This document shows positions 35,762 through 47,068 of a stretch of 64,000 bases of DNA, in pieces (position 1 is the first letter of the stretch; every line of letters starts with the position of its first letter). The notes below the pieces were generated by a model, which was given only the letters and a program-made list of their open reading frames with translations, was not told the origin of the DNA and searched no databases. Source of the stretch: Anthoceros angustus (lineage: Eukaryota; Plantae; Anthocerotophyta); assembly GCA_010909165.1 (NCBI GenBank), contig MU008152.1, positions 124,001 to 188,000 of the forward strand, read 5' to 3'. The translations under genes and the position numbers were made by a program.

Positions 35762-38700
35762 ATGGCGGCGCTCCTGGCGCTGTGCTTTCTCCTGCTGCTG
35801 CAGCAGGGCCCGGCATCCGCGCAGCAGCAGCCCGTAGGTGGGAGCTCCAGGCCTGCCCTGCGGATGCGTATGGCGGCCGCTTGCATTTTCCACCTCCGAC
35901 TCACTCCGGCTTTCGTGTGACAGGATTCATCAACGTGGACTGCGGCTCCGCGCCCGGTGCCACGCCTTACACCAACCCGTCCACCGGGCTCCAGTTCGAG
36001 GCCGACAACTACATCTCCACCGGGCTCATCGGAACAGTGGACCCCGGGGTGGACGCCACTGCCGATCTGCAGACGCTGAGATACTTCCCGCCGGATTCCA
36101 CGCCCAAGAAGAACTGCTACGTCGTGCCGGTGCTGATCGGGACCCAGTACCTCATCCGGGCCTGGTTCCTGTTCGGGAACTTCATCAAGGCGCCGGATAA
36201 TGGGACCCTCTCGTTCCGGGTATGGGACCGTGATTTGCAGGATTGAAGGCGTGGGGTGGTGTGGGTTTGCGGAATTGTGCCCGCGGGTTTGTGGGTTTGC
36301 GGAAATGTGCCCACGGTTTTGTGGGTTTGTTGTGCAGCTGGGCATCGACGCCACGTTGTGGGGGAGCGTGCAAATCGACACGGTGAATGAGTACGCCAGT
36401 CCCTACTTCGAGGAGGCCCTCGTGTGGACGACCAAGCCCTTCGTGAGCGTCTGCCTGATCCGCCTCCACGACACCGACACCCCCTTCATCAACTCCCTGG
36501 AGCTCAGGCAGATCGGCCAGCCCAGCTCGTATCTGGGGGGCTTCGTCGATTCTGCTGCCAACTTGCTCGCCCTCGGGGTGAGACGGAACTTCGGGGCAGC
36601 GCCAGGCTCCGTCTTCAGGTGGCGTCATCGTTCCCCCGGCTTTGCTCTGTGGGTCGGGAGTTGGATCGCCCAGCTGGCCTCACGTTGGTTGCTGCTTGTG
36701 GGTGCTTTGCTTGGCCTTGGCCCTCCAGATTCCCGCAAGACAACTACGACCGGCTGTGGCCGGCCTACGTTCCGGCTCAAACCAGCTCGTGGACTTCCGT
36801 GGTGGCACCGCTGTACCCGGATCAGCCCATGGTCTACAACTCCTCCCAGCAGGCGGACTATGTTCCCAGCGTGGTCACGCAGACCGCCGCCACCTGCAGT
36901 GGCTGGATGTCGTACACCCTGTCGCTGGGCACTCCGCTGATTAGCTCCACCTTCTATGTGGCCATGAGCTTCGCCGAGCTCGAGGTTCTGCCGGCAGGAG
37001 AAAGGTATGTGGGACATGGTATGAGATGGCCCCTGCCTGTGCTTGATGGGCCGTGCTTGATGGGCATGCGTGTGCTCTTGGGTACCGTGCAGTCGGGGAA
37101 TGCAAGTTCGGACGAACTTCCTGAGGCCGCCATCCTCCGGCGACTACTACTATCTGGACTTGGCCGCTGTTGGAGCTCCTGGGCCATACCAAGTCTTCCA
37201 GTTTGGGAACCGGAACTACGAGCTTCCAGCCAGCGAGACGCCCACCCTCTTCTTCAACTTGAGCAGGGATCCCACGTCTGACAAGGACCCCATCATCAAC
37301 GCCTTCGAAGCCCACTTTGTCATACCAGTGGCTGCTGGAACTAGTACAGACGATGGTGAGCTGCTGTTGCACGTTTGTGTCATTGTTTGTTATTGTTTTC
37401 TCCGCTCTGCCTGCTTTCCGCAACTCACTGCTGGCCACCGTGGTGCCTTTTTCCAGTGGATGCGCTCACTTCAATCAATCTTGCAATCGGACTCCCGCAG
37501 TGGGTTGGGGATCCTTGCTCTCCCATCCCGTGGGACGAGCTCATCTGCACGGGGAACCGTGTGACAGGACTGTAGGTTGCTGCCCCGGCTCCTCTGCAGC
37601 GAAGGGAGTGTCGGAGAGGTTGCATTGGAAGGAAGTCTGTTTAAGTTCATGACGCCGCCTGCTTCTTGTCGGTGCTTGCAGGAATCTGTCGGGCAAGGGT
37701 CTCACCGGCCTCATTCCCTTCAACATCTCATTGCTCACGGAGCTCACCTCGCTGTGAGCACCGCTTCTCGATACCCTAGTCCCTTTCCACTTTGCAGCAG
37801 ACGGTCATTGTTTGTATCGAAGCTGACAGACGTTTGTGTAATGTGTGCAGAGACGTCTCTAATAACCGCTTTACTGGTCCCCTTCCGACCTGGGTGGCAA
37901 ATCTTCCTTTGCAGTCGCTGTGAGTGATAACGTCGGGTGTCGAGGAAAAACGTGCATTTGCGGTTTGCAGGATTTGTCTTCGACGTGCAGGGGACATGTT
38001 TTTGTGGTGGTGCAATCTAAAGTTTTCTTCTTCTGTTTCACAGGGATGTTTCCAACAACAACTTGAATGGTACCTTTCCTGCAACATACATCACAAGGAT
38101 ACCTACGTTTAGGTTAGGGGATGGCTTTGGTTTGTTGAATAGTCTGCGTTTCTTTTGATGCTGCAATCTGCTTGCGCCTAACCAGCAGTCATCCACCACT
38201 GTGTGCTGAAGGTATTCTGGGAATCTGCAGCTCAGCTGCCAACCTTCAAGCAGTGCCGTTTGTCCAGCATCACCACAAGAAGCTTGTGTCACTCGTCGGT
38301 TATTGTCAGGAAGGACCTGAGCGGATTCTCTTGTACGAGTTCATGCCAGGAGGAGACTTGCGGGATCGGCTTTACGCTGGTATGTCCAGCTTTGCCACCT
38401 CCGCAGTCTTCATGCTGTCCCCATGTGGGCATTCCGGTGACTTGGCCTGACTCTGATTGAAATTGTGATCGTAGGTAAACAAGCTCGACAATTTCCGCTG
38501 AACTGGAGGCAAAGGCTGCGAATAGCCCTGGATGCTGCCAAAGGTGGGGGATGAAGGCTCATGACGGTGTTCTTCATTGGCGTTCATTTCTTATGATGGT
38601 CTTTCAAGTTCTGTCCTATCTATGATCAGGTCTGGAGTACTTGCACCACGGGTGCAATCCAGCCATCATCCACAGGGATGTGAAGAGCAGCAACATCCTT

Positions 38701-39494
38701 CTGGACGACAAACTGGATGCAAAAGTTGCCGACTTCGGAATGTCCAAACTGACGGATGATGACCAAACCCATGTGATGACCATGGTGGTGGGGACTCTCG
38801 GATATCTGGATCCTGAGTAAGCACATCGTCCAGTGGCCACCCTCCGCATCCTTTCTTTGTGTTGGGGGCTTACCTCTTTGTTTCCTCCTCACCCACCATC
38901 TTACGCAACTGATGCAGGTATAACGGAACTGGGTTGCTGACCGATAAAAGCGACGTTTACAGCTTCGGGGTAGTGCTTCTTGAAATCCTTTGCGGCCATC
39001 CCCCCATCTATCACGACGGTGCTCACAACAAATTCATCGTGGAAAAGGTGACAAGTGCTGCAACCTTAGTGTGGGTTCCCTTAATTCAGACAACGTGCTT
39101 GGTTGCCCATCTCTAACAAAGCTCACACTCCAAGCAGGTGCGGGCTGCGATGAACACTGGTACCCTGGCGGAAATAGCGGATCCAGTTCTACGAGGCGAC
39201 TTCAAGCAGGAGGCAGTGTGGAGATACGTGGACGTGGCTATGTCGTGCGTGCCCCTCTCCGGCGCCGCCAGGCCCCCAATGAGCAAGGTGGTGTCCGAGC
39301 TTGTCCAGACCCTGGAGATGGAGTTCGGGCGCGACCAACTTGGGAGAAACTCCGGACACAGCGGCAACGGCAGCGGCAGCGGCTCCAACCCGCCTTCCGA
39401 CTTTTATCCCTCTGGCGTGTCACAGACAAACCCGTACGGCGTAGAGCAGCCTTCCCAAATCTTCTACAGCCATGAGGGCCCTCAAGCTCGGTGA
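35762..39494 (+). pseudogene. Malectin-like domain/LRR-I receptor-like kinase with internal deletion and frameshift
   Basis: Signal peptide, malectin-like exons (FINVDCG, YDRLW, IINAFE), GDPC motif, 3 LRR exons and kinase subdomains IV-XI ([46 protein letters not shown]). The TM helix and subdomains I-III are absent at about 38270, where the frame shifts (TGA 38318-38320). Confidence 0.8.
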
Positions 39495-39574
39495 TAGCAC
39501 GTCTTTTCGCGCTCTCCCTCCATGCCATACCGAGGTGAACGTGATCGCTCTGCCGTTCTCCCTTCCCATATTAA

Positions 39575-39864
39575 TATCTCATCCTTTCAGCCCGAGGCAG
39601 CTGCAGACTGATCAGGTCTTGGAGGAGCATCTAACGACGCAGATCTGTGCCAGTGCGTAGACATGTGTTGCGGTTGCGAAGGTGGAGGACGAGAAAGCTC
39701 GACGAGTAACGCGAATGACAAGGCTCCACATCAAATGTGTGTGCGTCCAAGAAACATGCACCAAAGACCTAATCAGCGCAGGTTGCGGGCTGACTGAATC
39801 AGACATCGACGATCTACAAGTCTTGCACAAGTCATGTGCCAGATGCAAAGACATGTCACTCCGC
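39575..39864 (+). repeat. Segment A (290 bp), copy 1; copy 2 at 42632-42921
   Basis: Same-strand direct repeat with a constant 3057-bp offset at both ends. Confidence 0.92.
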
Positions 39865-39916
39865 CAGTTATTGCCTGTTCCTACGCCCAAAATTGTCATT
39901 CATTGGTGGACGAGGA
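39856..39916 (+). repeat. 61-bp exact copy of the NAF1 3' end (55036-55096)
   Basis: TCACTCCGCCAGTTATTGCC...TGGTGGACGAGGA is identical at both places in the same orientation. Confidence 0.93.
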
Positions 39917-40050
39917 AAGCCCAGCCATTCACACTACAAGCTATTGTGACGGCCACCCAGAATTTCAAAGAAAAACTTGGAGAAGGAGCGTTCGGTCCAG
40001 TCTTCCTTGGAGTCCTCCCAGACAAACAACTCGTGGCTGTGAAACGCATG
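39916..40050 (+). pseudogene. Isolated receptor-kinase subdomain I-II fragment
   Basis: KAQPFTLQAIVTATQNFKEKLGEGAFGPVFLGVLPDKQLVAVKRM contains the Gly-rich loop and the VAVK lysine of an RLK/Pelle kinase. Confidence 0.85.
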
Positions 40051-41701
40051 ACAGCATGCCCTAACTCATGGACAGGAGAGAAATTTTCACACGTCCACAC
40101 ACAACTGCCAGTGCAAGTGCGAGTGCCAGTGCAGACCTACGGTGTCCTTGGCCGCCATGGTTCCGGTGCTACATGCGGGCCGGTGTGACCTAGCGGGCAC
40201 CGTCCGTGGTCCACACGGACGAACGAACGAACGAACGACTTGCTCACAGTCACTGCCTGCCCGATGCCTGATGCCTGATGTGGATGCCACCACGGCCTCC
40301 TCACAGCTCAAAGAAGCAGCAGCACGAAAGGCAGCAGCAATTCCGTTGGACTGTTACTGTTCCGTCGGACGCGCCATGTGTTGGTTGGCTCGACAACAAC
40401 GCAGCGGCAAGCGTTCGAGTTCAAAGCAGGAAGGGCAGCGTTGAGATATGACACGGACGTCACCCTGCCCCCGAGACCGGACCAGACCCAGGCCCAGACG
40501 GATTTAATTCAGCCTTCCTTCCCGTCCCCACTTCCCGCCATGCCCATGGGCCCCATGGGCCCCATGCGCCTCATTCATGGCCGATGATGACCATGGCCCC
40601 TTCTCACCGACAAACCCCATTATACCATCATACTGCCCTTTATACTCCATGCCCCGTCGGCCCCGTCGACTGGCCGTCGAGCCGGGGACCACGTCAAGCG
40701 GGCCGCGGGGCCACCTAACCAGCGCCCGCGCGCCAGTTCCGCTTCCGAATCGCTCTGGCCGCGGAGGCCGCCGTGGGGTAGCTTTAGGCCTGCCACAGCG
40801 GGGCCTCCTGTCTGTCGTCCATTTTATATTGCCTTTCGCCTCAAGCGCCTGCCGGCCGGGGGCCCTCTCTCATCACACTCATTCATCACTGTGAGCCGAG
40901 CCTGGGCCTGAGCCTGAGCCTGGGCCTGAGCCTGAGCCTCAGCCTGAGCCTGAGCCTGAGCCTCAGCCTGAGCCTCAGCCAGGAGCCGGATGAGACGCTG
41001 AGTCGGGCTGAGACGCGCTGAGACGCGCCGAGACGTCTGAGACGTTCTGAGACGCGCTGGCTGCTGCATTCCGTGCTGTGCGCGAAGCGAGGCCACGGGG
41101 GGCGGGGTGGGTGTGTGGCTGGCGCGCGGGCCTGCAGATCGGGGTGCTGGCCGGGGCGGGCGATGGCGATGGCGATCAGGAGGGCGGGAGCGCAGGGAGT
41201 GGTGGCAGCACAGACCTGAGACGTGAGATGTGGCCCGTGCTGGCGTTGGCTGCGGCTCCGCCGGGAGCGGGACGGCCTGGCTGCGCCCGCATTGGCTTCT
41301 GGAGCGGCTCCGCGGGCGGAAACCTGCGCCTTCGCAACTGGTGCCAGTCCGGGCCACCGATGAGGGCAGACGTGCACGCCAGAAATTGCGAGCTTCCCTG
41401 AATGTCAGAGTTTCTTTCCCGAATCAAGGCTCGCCTTGAACCCGGCCAACGCGCCCGCCTGTGATGACACAGGTAGGTGGAGTGGTGCAACGTCTTCCTG
41501 CCCGGCGGGACGCGGTGCCTGCTTGCCGGAATTTCTGACTGAGATTTGCATGATCCGTGGCCATGCGGCTTTCAGGGCGTGCCAGAAATTTTTTCTGGGT
41601 GAATTGCTTGCGAGTCTGCGGCTCGTTTTCGGTGGTTAGGTCGCTGGTTGGACATGGGTGGTGGTGGTGGAATCTGGATGTCTCGCTTCTCATTGTCGAG
41701 G
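40041..41701 (+). repeat. Segment B (GC-rich, about 1.66 kb, Raf-kinase upstream region), copy 1
   Basis: Repeated at 43238-44934, 45466-46924 and 47060-47897. Contains a (GCCTGA)n microsatellite and CTGAGACG repeats. Confidence 0.92.
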
Positions 41702-42637
41702 AGGGAAGGGGAGGAGTAGATCTAGTCGGAAGATAAGGTGTTCAATTATTCATGCTCTGTCGATCGGGCTCCGGAGTGTTTTGTAGGTTTCTTTCTTTTG
41801 GCGTCAGCGTCCTCTGTCCTGGACTGTGATGGAAGCTCTCTGCTTGCATGTAGTTTTAGGTGCTGTGCGCGTAACGGTCGGCACAAAGCTGGCAGAATTT
41901 CGACGCACGTGTATGGCCCTAGTCCCGACATACAATTGCCATTTGTTGTTAACGAGGCGCATGTGGATATTTGTAGTCACATATGTAGGTGTATGCCTTT
42001 GGTGCGGCTTTAGTATGATAGACACTCGTCCAGGAAAAGGATAATGCTCTCAGCCGCTGAAACATTTTCTTGCCAGAAGGCTTGGGGGGTCACCTTCCTT
42101 CAACTGTACGTTGCGGATCAGAGTTTCATGAGCTTTTCTGCACGCCGACATGATTCCTGCGTGAAGTGTTACCGAGCATTTCGGTTTGTCCTTCCAGTTG
42201 TCCCTAATCACTGGCTTGTTCTGGCTTGTCTTATCCCTAGGATGGGTCCGAGCAGCTCTGGCAAGCATCAAGAAAGGTTACTCCTTCCTCTGTATTTGGT
42301 CTGTCTTGACCCCAAGGACGGGATATGATGGAACTGTAGAGGCTATTATAAGTGCACTACGTCTCTGGTTTACGTCTTCTGCAGGATAGGCAATAGATGG
42401 CCGTGATTTCACTTTGCCTGTTTCCCGTTTACAGGGTCCTACACATCCGTGATTGAAATTCTTGTTCCTTTTGTATCTACTCAGGAAAGAGACTACGCCA
42501 TTATTCAGACAGACGGGCAGTCATCGGAAGGAAGCGGGTGTAAAACTTGGTTGGGAAGATGAGCAATATAGCGATTGTCTCCCAGGATGTAGGTAGAGCA
42601 GGAGGATCAGCCTTGTGTCCTCCTGAGGATGTATCTC
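41702..42637 (+). pseudogene. Truncated duplicate of the Raf-like kinase 5' leader and first coding exon
   Basis: Matches 47898-48851 with small indels and ends at TATCTC, where it joins segment A. Confidence 0.88.
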
Positions 42638-42921
42638 ATCCTTTCAGCCCGAGGCAGCTGCAGACTGATCAGGTCTTGGAGGAGCATCTAACGACGCAGA
42701 TCTGTGCCAGTGCGTAGACATGTGTTGCGGTTGCGAAGGTGGAGGACGAGAAAGCTCGACGAGTAACGCGAATGACAAGGCTCCACATCAAATGTGTGTG
42801 CGTCCAAGAAACATGCACCAAAGACCTAATCAGCGCAGGTTGCGGGCTGACTGAATCAGACATCGACGATCTACAAGTCTTGCACAAGTCATGTGCCAGA
42901 TGCAAAGACATGTCACTCCGC
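42632..42921 (+). repeat. Segment A, copy 2
   Basis: Direct repeat of 39575-39864. Confidence 0.92.
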
Positions 42922-42985
42922 GCCACGGCATGCCTTTTGCCCCAATAATTCACAGTCCTTCAGCCGCCGGAGAGGCGATGCCACT

Positions 42986-43190
42986 GATCTCGCTCTACAC
43001 CGGGAAAGCGAGAAACCGAGGCTGGTGAGACCTCCATCACACTTGTGTCTAGAAAGCAACGAATCCGAGCTTGCGAACACCGATCTCGTTCGTACACCGA
43101 GGAGAGCGAGAAGCCGAGGCTGATAAGATTGCCCTCACACTCTTGTGCCTGGACGCAACAAATCCGCGCTTGCGAACGCCAATCTCGCTC
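42986..43190. repeat. Imperfect tandem repeat, about 96-99 bp x2, within unique segment C
   Basis: Units start GATCTCGCTC (42986), GATCTCGTTC (43082) and AATCTCGCTC (43181), sharing GCGAGAA.CCGAGGCTG and GCTTGCGAAC. Confidence 0.7.
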
Positions 43191-43237
43191 CAATTTGTCT
43201 GGATGCAATGAATCACGAATTCGAGCTCGCAAGGTGC

Positions 43238-44934
43238 GAAACGCATGACAGCATGCCCTAACTCATGACCACAGGAGGAGAAATTTCACACAACGTCCAC
43301 ACACAACTGCCAGTGCAAGTGCGAGTGCCAGTGCGAGACCTACGGTGTCCTTGGCCGCCATGGTTCGGTGCTACATGCGGGCCGGTGTGACCTAGCGGGC
43401 ACCGTCCGTGGTCCACACACGGACGAACGAACGAACGAACGACTTGCTCACAGTCACTGCCTGCCCGATGCCTGATGCCTGATGTGGATGCCACCACGGC
43501 CTCCACTCACAGCTCAAAGAAGCAGCAGCAGCACGAAAGGCAGCAGCAATTCCGTTGGACTGTTACTGTTCCGTCGGACGCGCCATGTGTTGGTTGGCTC
43601 GACAACAACAGCGCAGCGGCAAGCGTTCGAGTTCAAAGCAGGAAGGGCAGCGTTGAGATATGACACGGACGTCACCCTGCCCCCGCGAACCGAGACCGGG
43701 ACCCAGACCCAGGCCCAGACGGATTTAATTCAGCCCCTTCCCCTTCCCCGTCCCCACTTCCCGCCATGCCCATGGGCCCCATGGGCCCCATGCGCCTCAT
43801 TCATGGCCGATGATGACCATGGCCCCCTTTCTCACCGACAAACCCCCATTATACCATCATACTGCCCTTTATACCTCCCCCCGTGCCCGTCGGCCCCGTC
43901 GACTGGCCGTCGAGCCGGGGACCACGTCAAGCGGGCCGCGGGCCGCACCTAACCCGGCGCCCGCGCCCACCGGGCTAGCGCTTCCGGGGGAATCGCTCTG
44001 GCCGCGGAGGCCGCCGTGGGGTAGCTTTAGGCCTGCCGCACAGCGGGGGCCTCCTGTCTGTCGTCCATTTTATATTGCCTTTCGCCTCAAGCGCCTGCCG
44101 GCCGGGGGCCCTCTCTCATCACACTCATTCATCACTGTGAGCCGAGCCTGGGCCTGAGCCTGAGCCTGGGCCTGAGCCTCAGCCTGAGCCTGAGCCTGAG
44201 CCTCAGCCTGAGCCTCAGCCAGGAGCCGGATGAGACGCTGAGTCGGGCTGAGACGCGCTGAGACGCGCCGAGACGTCTGAGACGTTCTGAGACGCGCTGG
44301 CTGCTGCATTCCGTGCTGTGCGCGAAGCGAGGCCACGGGGGGCGGGGTGGGAGTGTGGCTGGCGCGCGGGCCTGCAGATCGGGAATTGCTGGCCGGGGCG
44401 GGCGATGGCGATGGCGATCGGGAGGAGGGCGGGAGCGCAGGGAGTGGTGGCAGCACAGACCTGAGACGTGAGATGTGGCCCGTGCTGGCGTTGGCCAGGC
44501 TCCGCCGGGAGCGGAGGGACGGCCTGGCTGCGCCCGCATTGGCTTCTGGAGCGGCTCCGCGGGCGGAAACCTGCGCCTTCGCAACTGGTGCCAGTCCGGG
44601 CCACCGATGAGGGCAGACGTGCACGCCAGAAATTGCGAGCTTCCCTGAATGTCAGAGTTTCTTTCCCGAATCAAGGCTCGCCTTGAACCCGGCCAACACA
44701 GCAACGCGCCCGCCTGTGATGACACAGGTAGGTGGAGTGGTGCAACGTCTTCCTGCCCGGCGGGACGCGGTGCCTGCTTGCCGGAATTTCTGACTGAGAT
44801 TTGCATGATCCGTGGCCATGCGGCTTTCAGGGCGTGCCAGGAAATTTTTTCTGGGTGAATTGCTTGCGAGTCTGCGGCTCGTTTTCGGTGGTTAGGTCGC
44901 TGGTTGGACATGGGTGGTGGTGGTGGAGGAATCT
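43238..44934 (+). repeat. Segment B, copy 2
   Basis: Direct repeat of segment B that jumps into Raf exon sequence at 44934. Confidence 0.92.
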
Positions 44935-45474
44935 AGCGATTGTCTCCCAGGATGTAGGTAGAGCAGGAGGATCAGCCTTGTGTCCTCCTGAGGATGTATC
45001 TCCTCGGACTGCCTCTCAAGAACTTTGGGAGACAGGAAGTTTAAGATCGAGGATTCGGATGGCTTCTACTCAGTTGTGCGGTATAGCTTCTTTGGTTTGT
45101 GATATATGCATTGTTTTGCCTGCTGGCCATATTACTCTGATACGTGCGAGCTCCTTTGACAGTTTGGGCTGTTCACTGATGTTTTCTCACAGTTTATGGC
45201 ATTTACTTGATATTGCAGAGTGCAAGCTTGAAAGTTCGTTTCTCCAGTGGGCTACCGACTCTTAAAGAGCTTCAAGAACTGGGGACTGAGGCCCCCTCCT
45301 CAGATGTGCTACTTGTAGATACCAAGGAAGATCTGGTTCTCGCTGGATTGAAGGAGCTTGTCTCAGAACTAGTTAAAGATTTAGGAGCAAATGTTTCTCT
45401 TACAACCAAAAAATAGCAGAAGTGGTGGGCTACTCTTCACTCCTGTGACTTGATGCCCACTGCGGCTGATGCCT
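44934..45474 (+). pseudogene. Internal Raf-like kinase fragment (exons plus intron), frameshifted
   Basis: Matches 48783-49329; lacks one C in ATTCCGGAT and one A in the A-run before TAGCAG relative to the intact gene. Confidence 0.88.
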
Positions 45475-46924
45475 GATGTGGATGCCACCACGGCCTCCAC
45501 TCACAGCTCAAAAAGCAGCAGCACGAAAGGCAGCAGCAATTCCGTTGGACTGTTACTGTTCCGTCGGACGCGCCATGTGTTGGCTCGACAACAACAGCGC
45601 AGCGGCAAGCGTTCGAGTTCAAAGCAGGAAGGGCAGCGTTGAGATATGACACGGACGTCACCCTGCCCCGCAGACTGAGACCGGGACCCAGACCAGGCCC
45701 AGACGGATTTAATTCAGCCCTTCCTTCCCGTCCCGCCATGCCCATGGGCCCCATGGGCCCCATGCGCCTCATTCATGGCCGATGATGACCATGGCCCCTT
45801 TCTCACCGACAAACCCCATTATACCATCATACTGCCCTTTATACCTCCCCCCGTGCCCGTCGGCCCCGTCGACTGGCCGTCGAGCCGGGGACCACGTCAA
45901 GCGGGCCGCGGGCCGCACCTAACCCGGCGCCCGCGCCCACCGGGCTAGCGCTTCCGGGGGAATCGCTCTGGCCGCGGAGGCCGCCGTGGGGTAGCTTTAG
46001 GCCTGCCGCACAGCGGGGGCCTCCTGTCTGTCGTCCATTTTATATTGCCTTTCGCCTCAAGCGCCTGCCGGCCGGGGCCTCTCTCATCACACTCATTCAT
46101 CACTGTGAGCCGAGCCTGGGCCTGAGCCTGAGCCTGGGCCTGAGCCTGAGCCTCAGCCTGAGCCTGAGCCTGAGCCTCAGCCTGAGCCTCAGCCAGGAGC
46201 CGGATGAGACGCTGAGTCGGGCTGAGACGCGCTGAGACGCGCCGAGACGTCTGAGACGTTCTGAGACGCGCTGCTGCATTCCGTGCTGTGCGCGAAGCGA
46301 GGCCACGGGGGCGGGGTGGAGTGTGGCTGGCGCGGGCCTGCAGATCGGGAATTGCTGGCCGGGGCGGGCGATGGCGATGGCGATCAGGAGGAGGCGGGAG
46401 CGCAGGGAGTGGCAGCACAGACCTGAGACGTGAGATGTGGCCCGTGCTGGCGTTGGCTGCGGCTCCGCCGGGAGCGGGAGGGACGGCCTGGCTGCGCCCG
46501 CATTGGCTTCTGGAGCGGCTCCGCGGGCGGAAACCTGCGCCTTCGCAACTGGTGCCAGTCCGGGCCACCGATGAGGGCAGACGTGCACGCCAGAAATTGC
46601 GAGCTTCCCTGAATGTCAGAGTTTCTTTCCCGAATCAAGGCTCGCCTTGAACCCGGCCAACACAGCAACGCGCCCGCCTGTGATGACACAGGTAGGTGGA
46701 GTGGTGCAACGTCTTCCTGCCCGGCGGGACGCGGTGCCTGCTTGCCGGAATTTCTGACTGAGATTTGCATGATCCGTGGCCATGCGGCTTTCAGGGCGTG
46801 CCAGGAAATTTTTTCTGGGTGAATTGCTTGCGAGTCTGCGGCTCGTTTTCGGTGGTTAGGTCGCTGGTTGGACATGGGTGGTGGTGGTGGAGGAATCTGG
46901 ATGTCTCGCTTCTCATTGTCGAGG
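45466..46924 (+). repeat. Segment B, copy 3 (5'-truncated)
   Basis: Begins at CTGATGCCT (equivalent to 43472) and ends at TTGTCGAGG. Confidence 0.92.
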
Positions 46925-47068
46925 TAAGCTTAATTGCAACTAATTTGTGACTGGAAATGACCTCACTGTAATTGACTTCCAGTCCAGAGCATGATATGGA
47001 CAGTCAGCTACAGTACCTGAGAAGAGGGCAATCCTCGCCTGTTGCTGGGGCCATGATGATCATTCATC
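46916..47068 (+). pseudogene. 153-bp copy of Raf-like kinase intron plus exon (50276-50428)
   Basis: Identical by eye, including the GTAAGC...TTCCAG intron. Confidence 0.92.

Noticed and set aside
35762-39494. SYMRK orthologue
   Set aside because: It shares the malectin-like/GDPC/LRR layout, but the activation segment ([25 protein letters not shown]) differs from the SYMRK pattern as recalled (DFGFSKYAPQEGDS..SLEVRGTAGY). It is called only LRR-I class.
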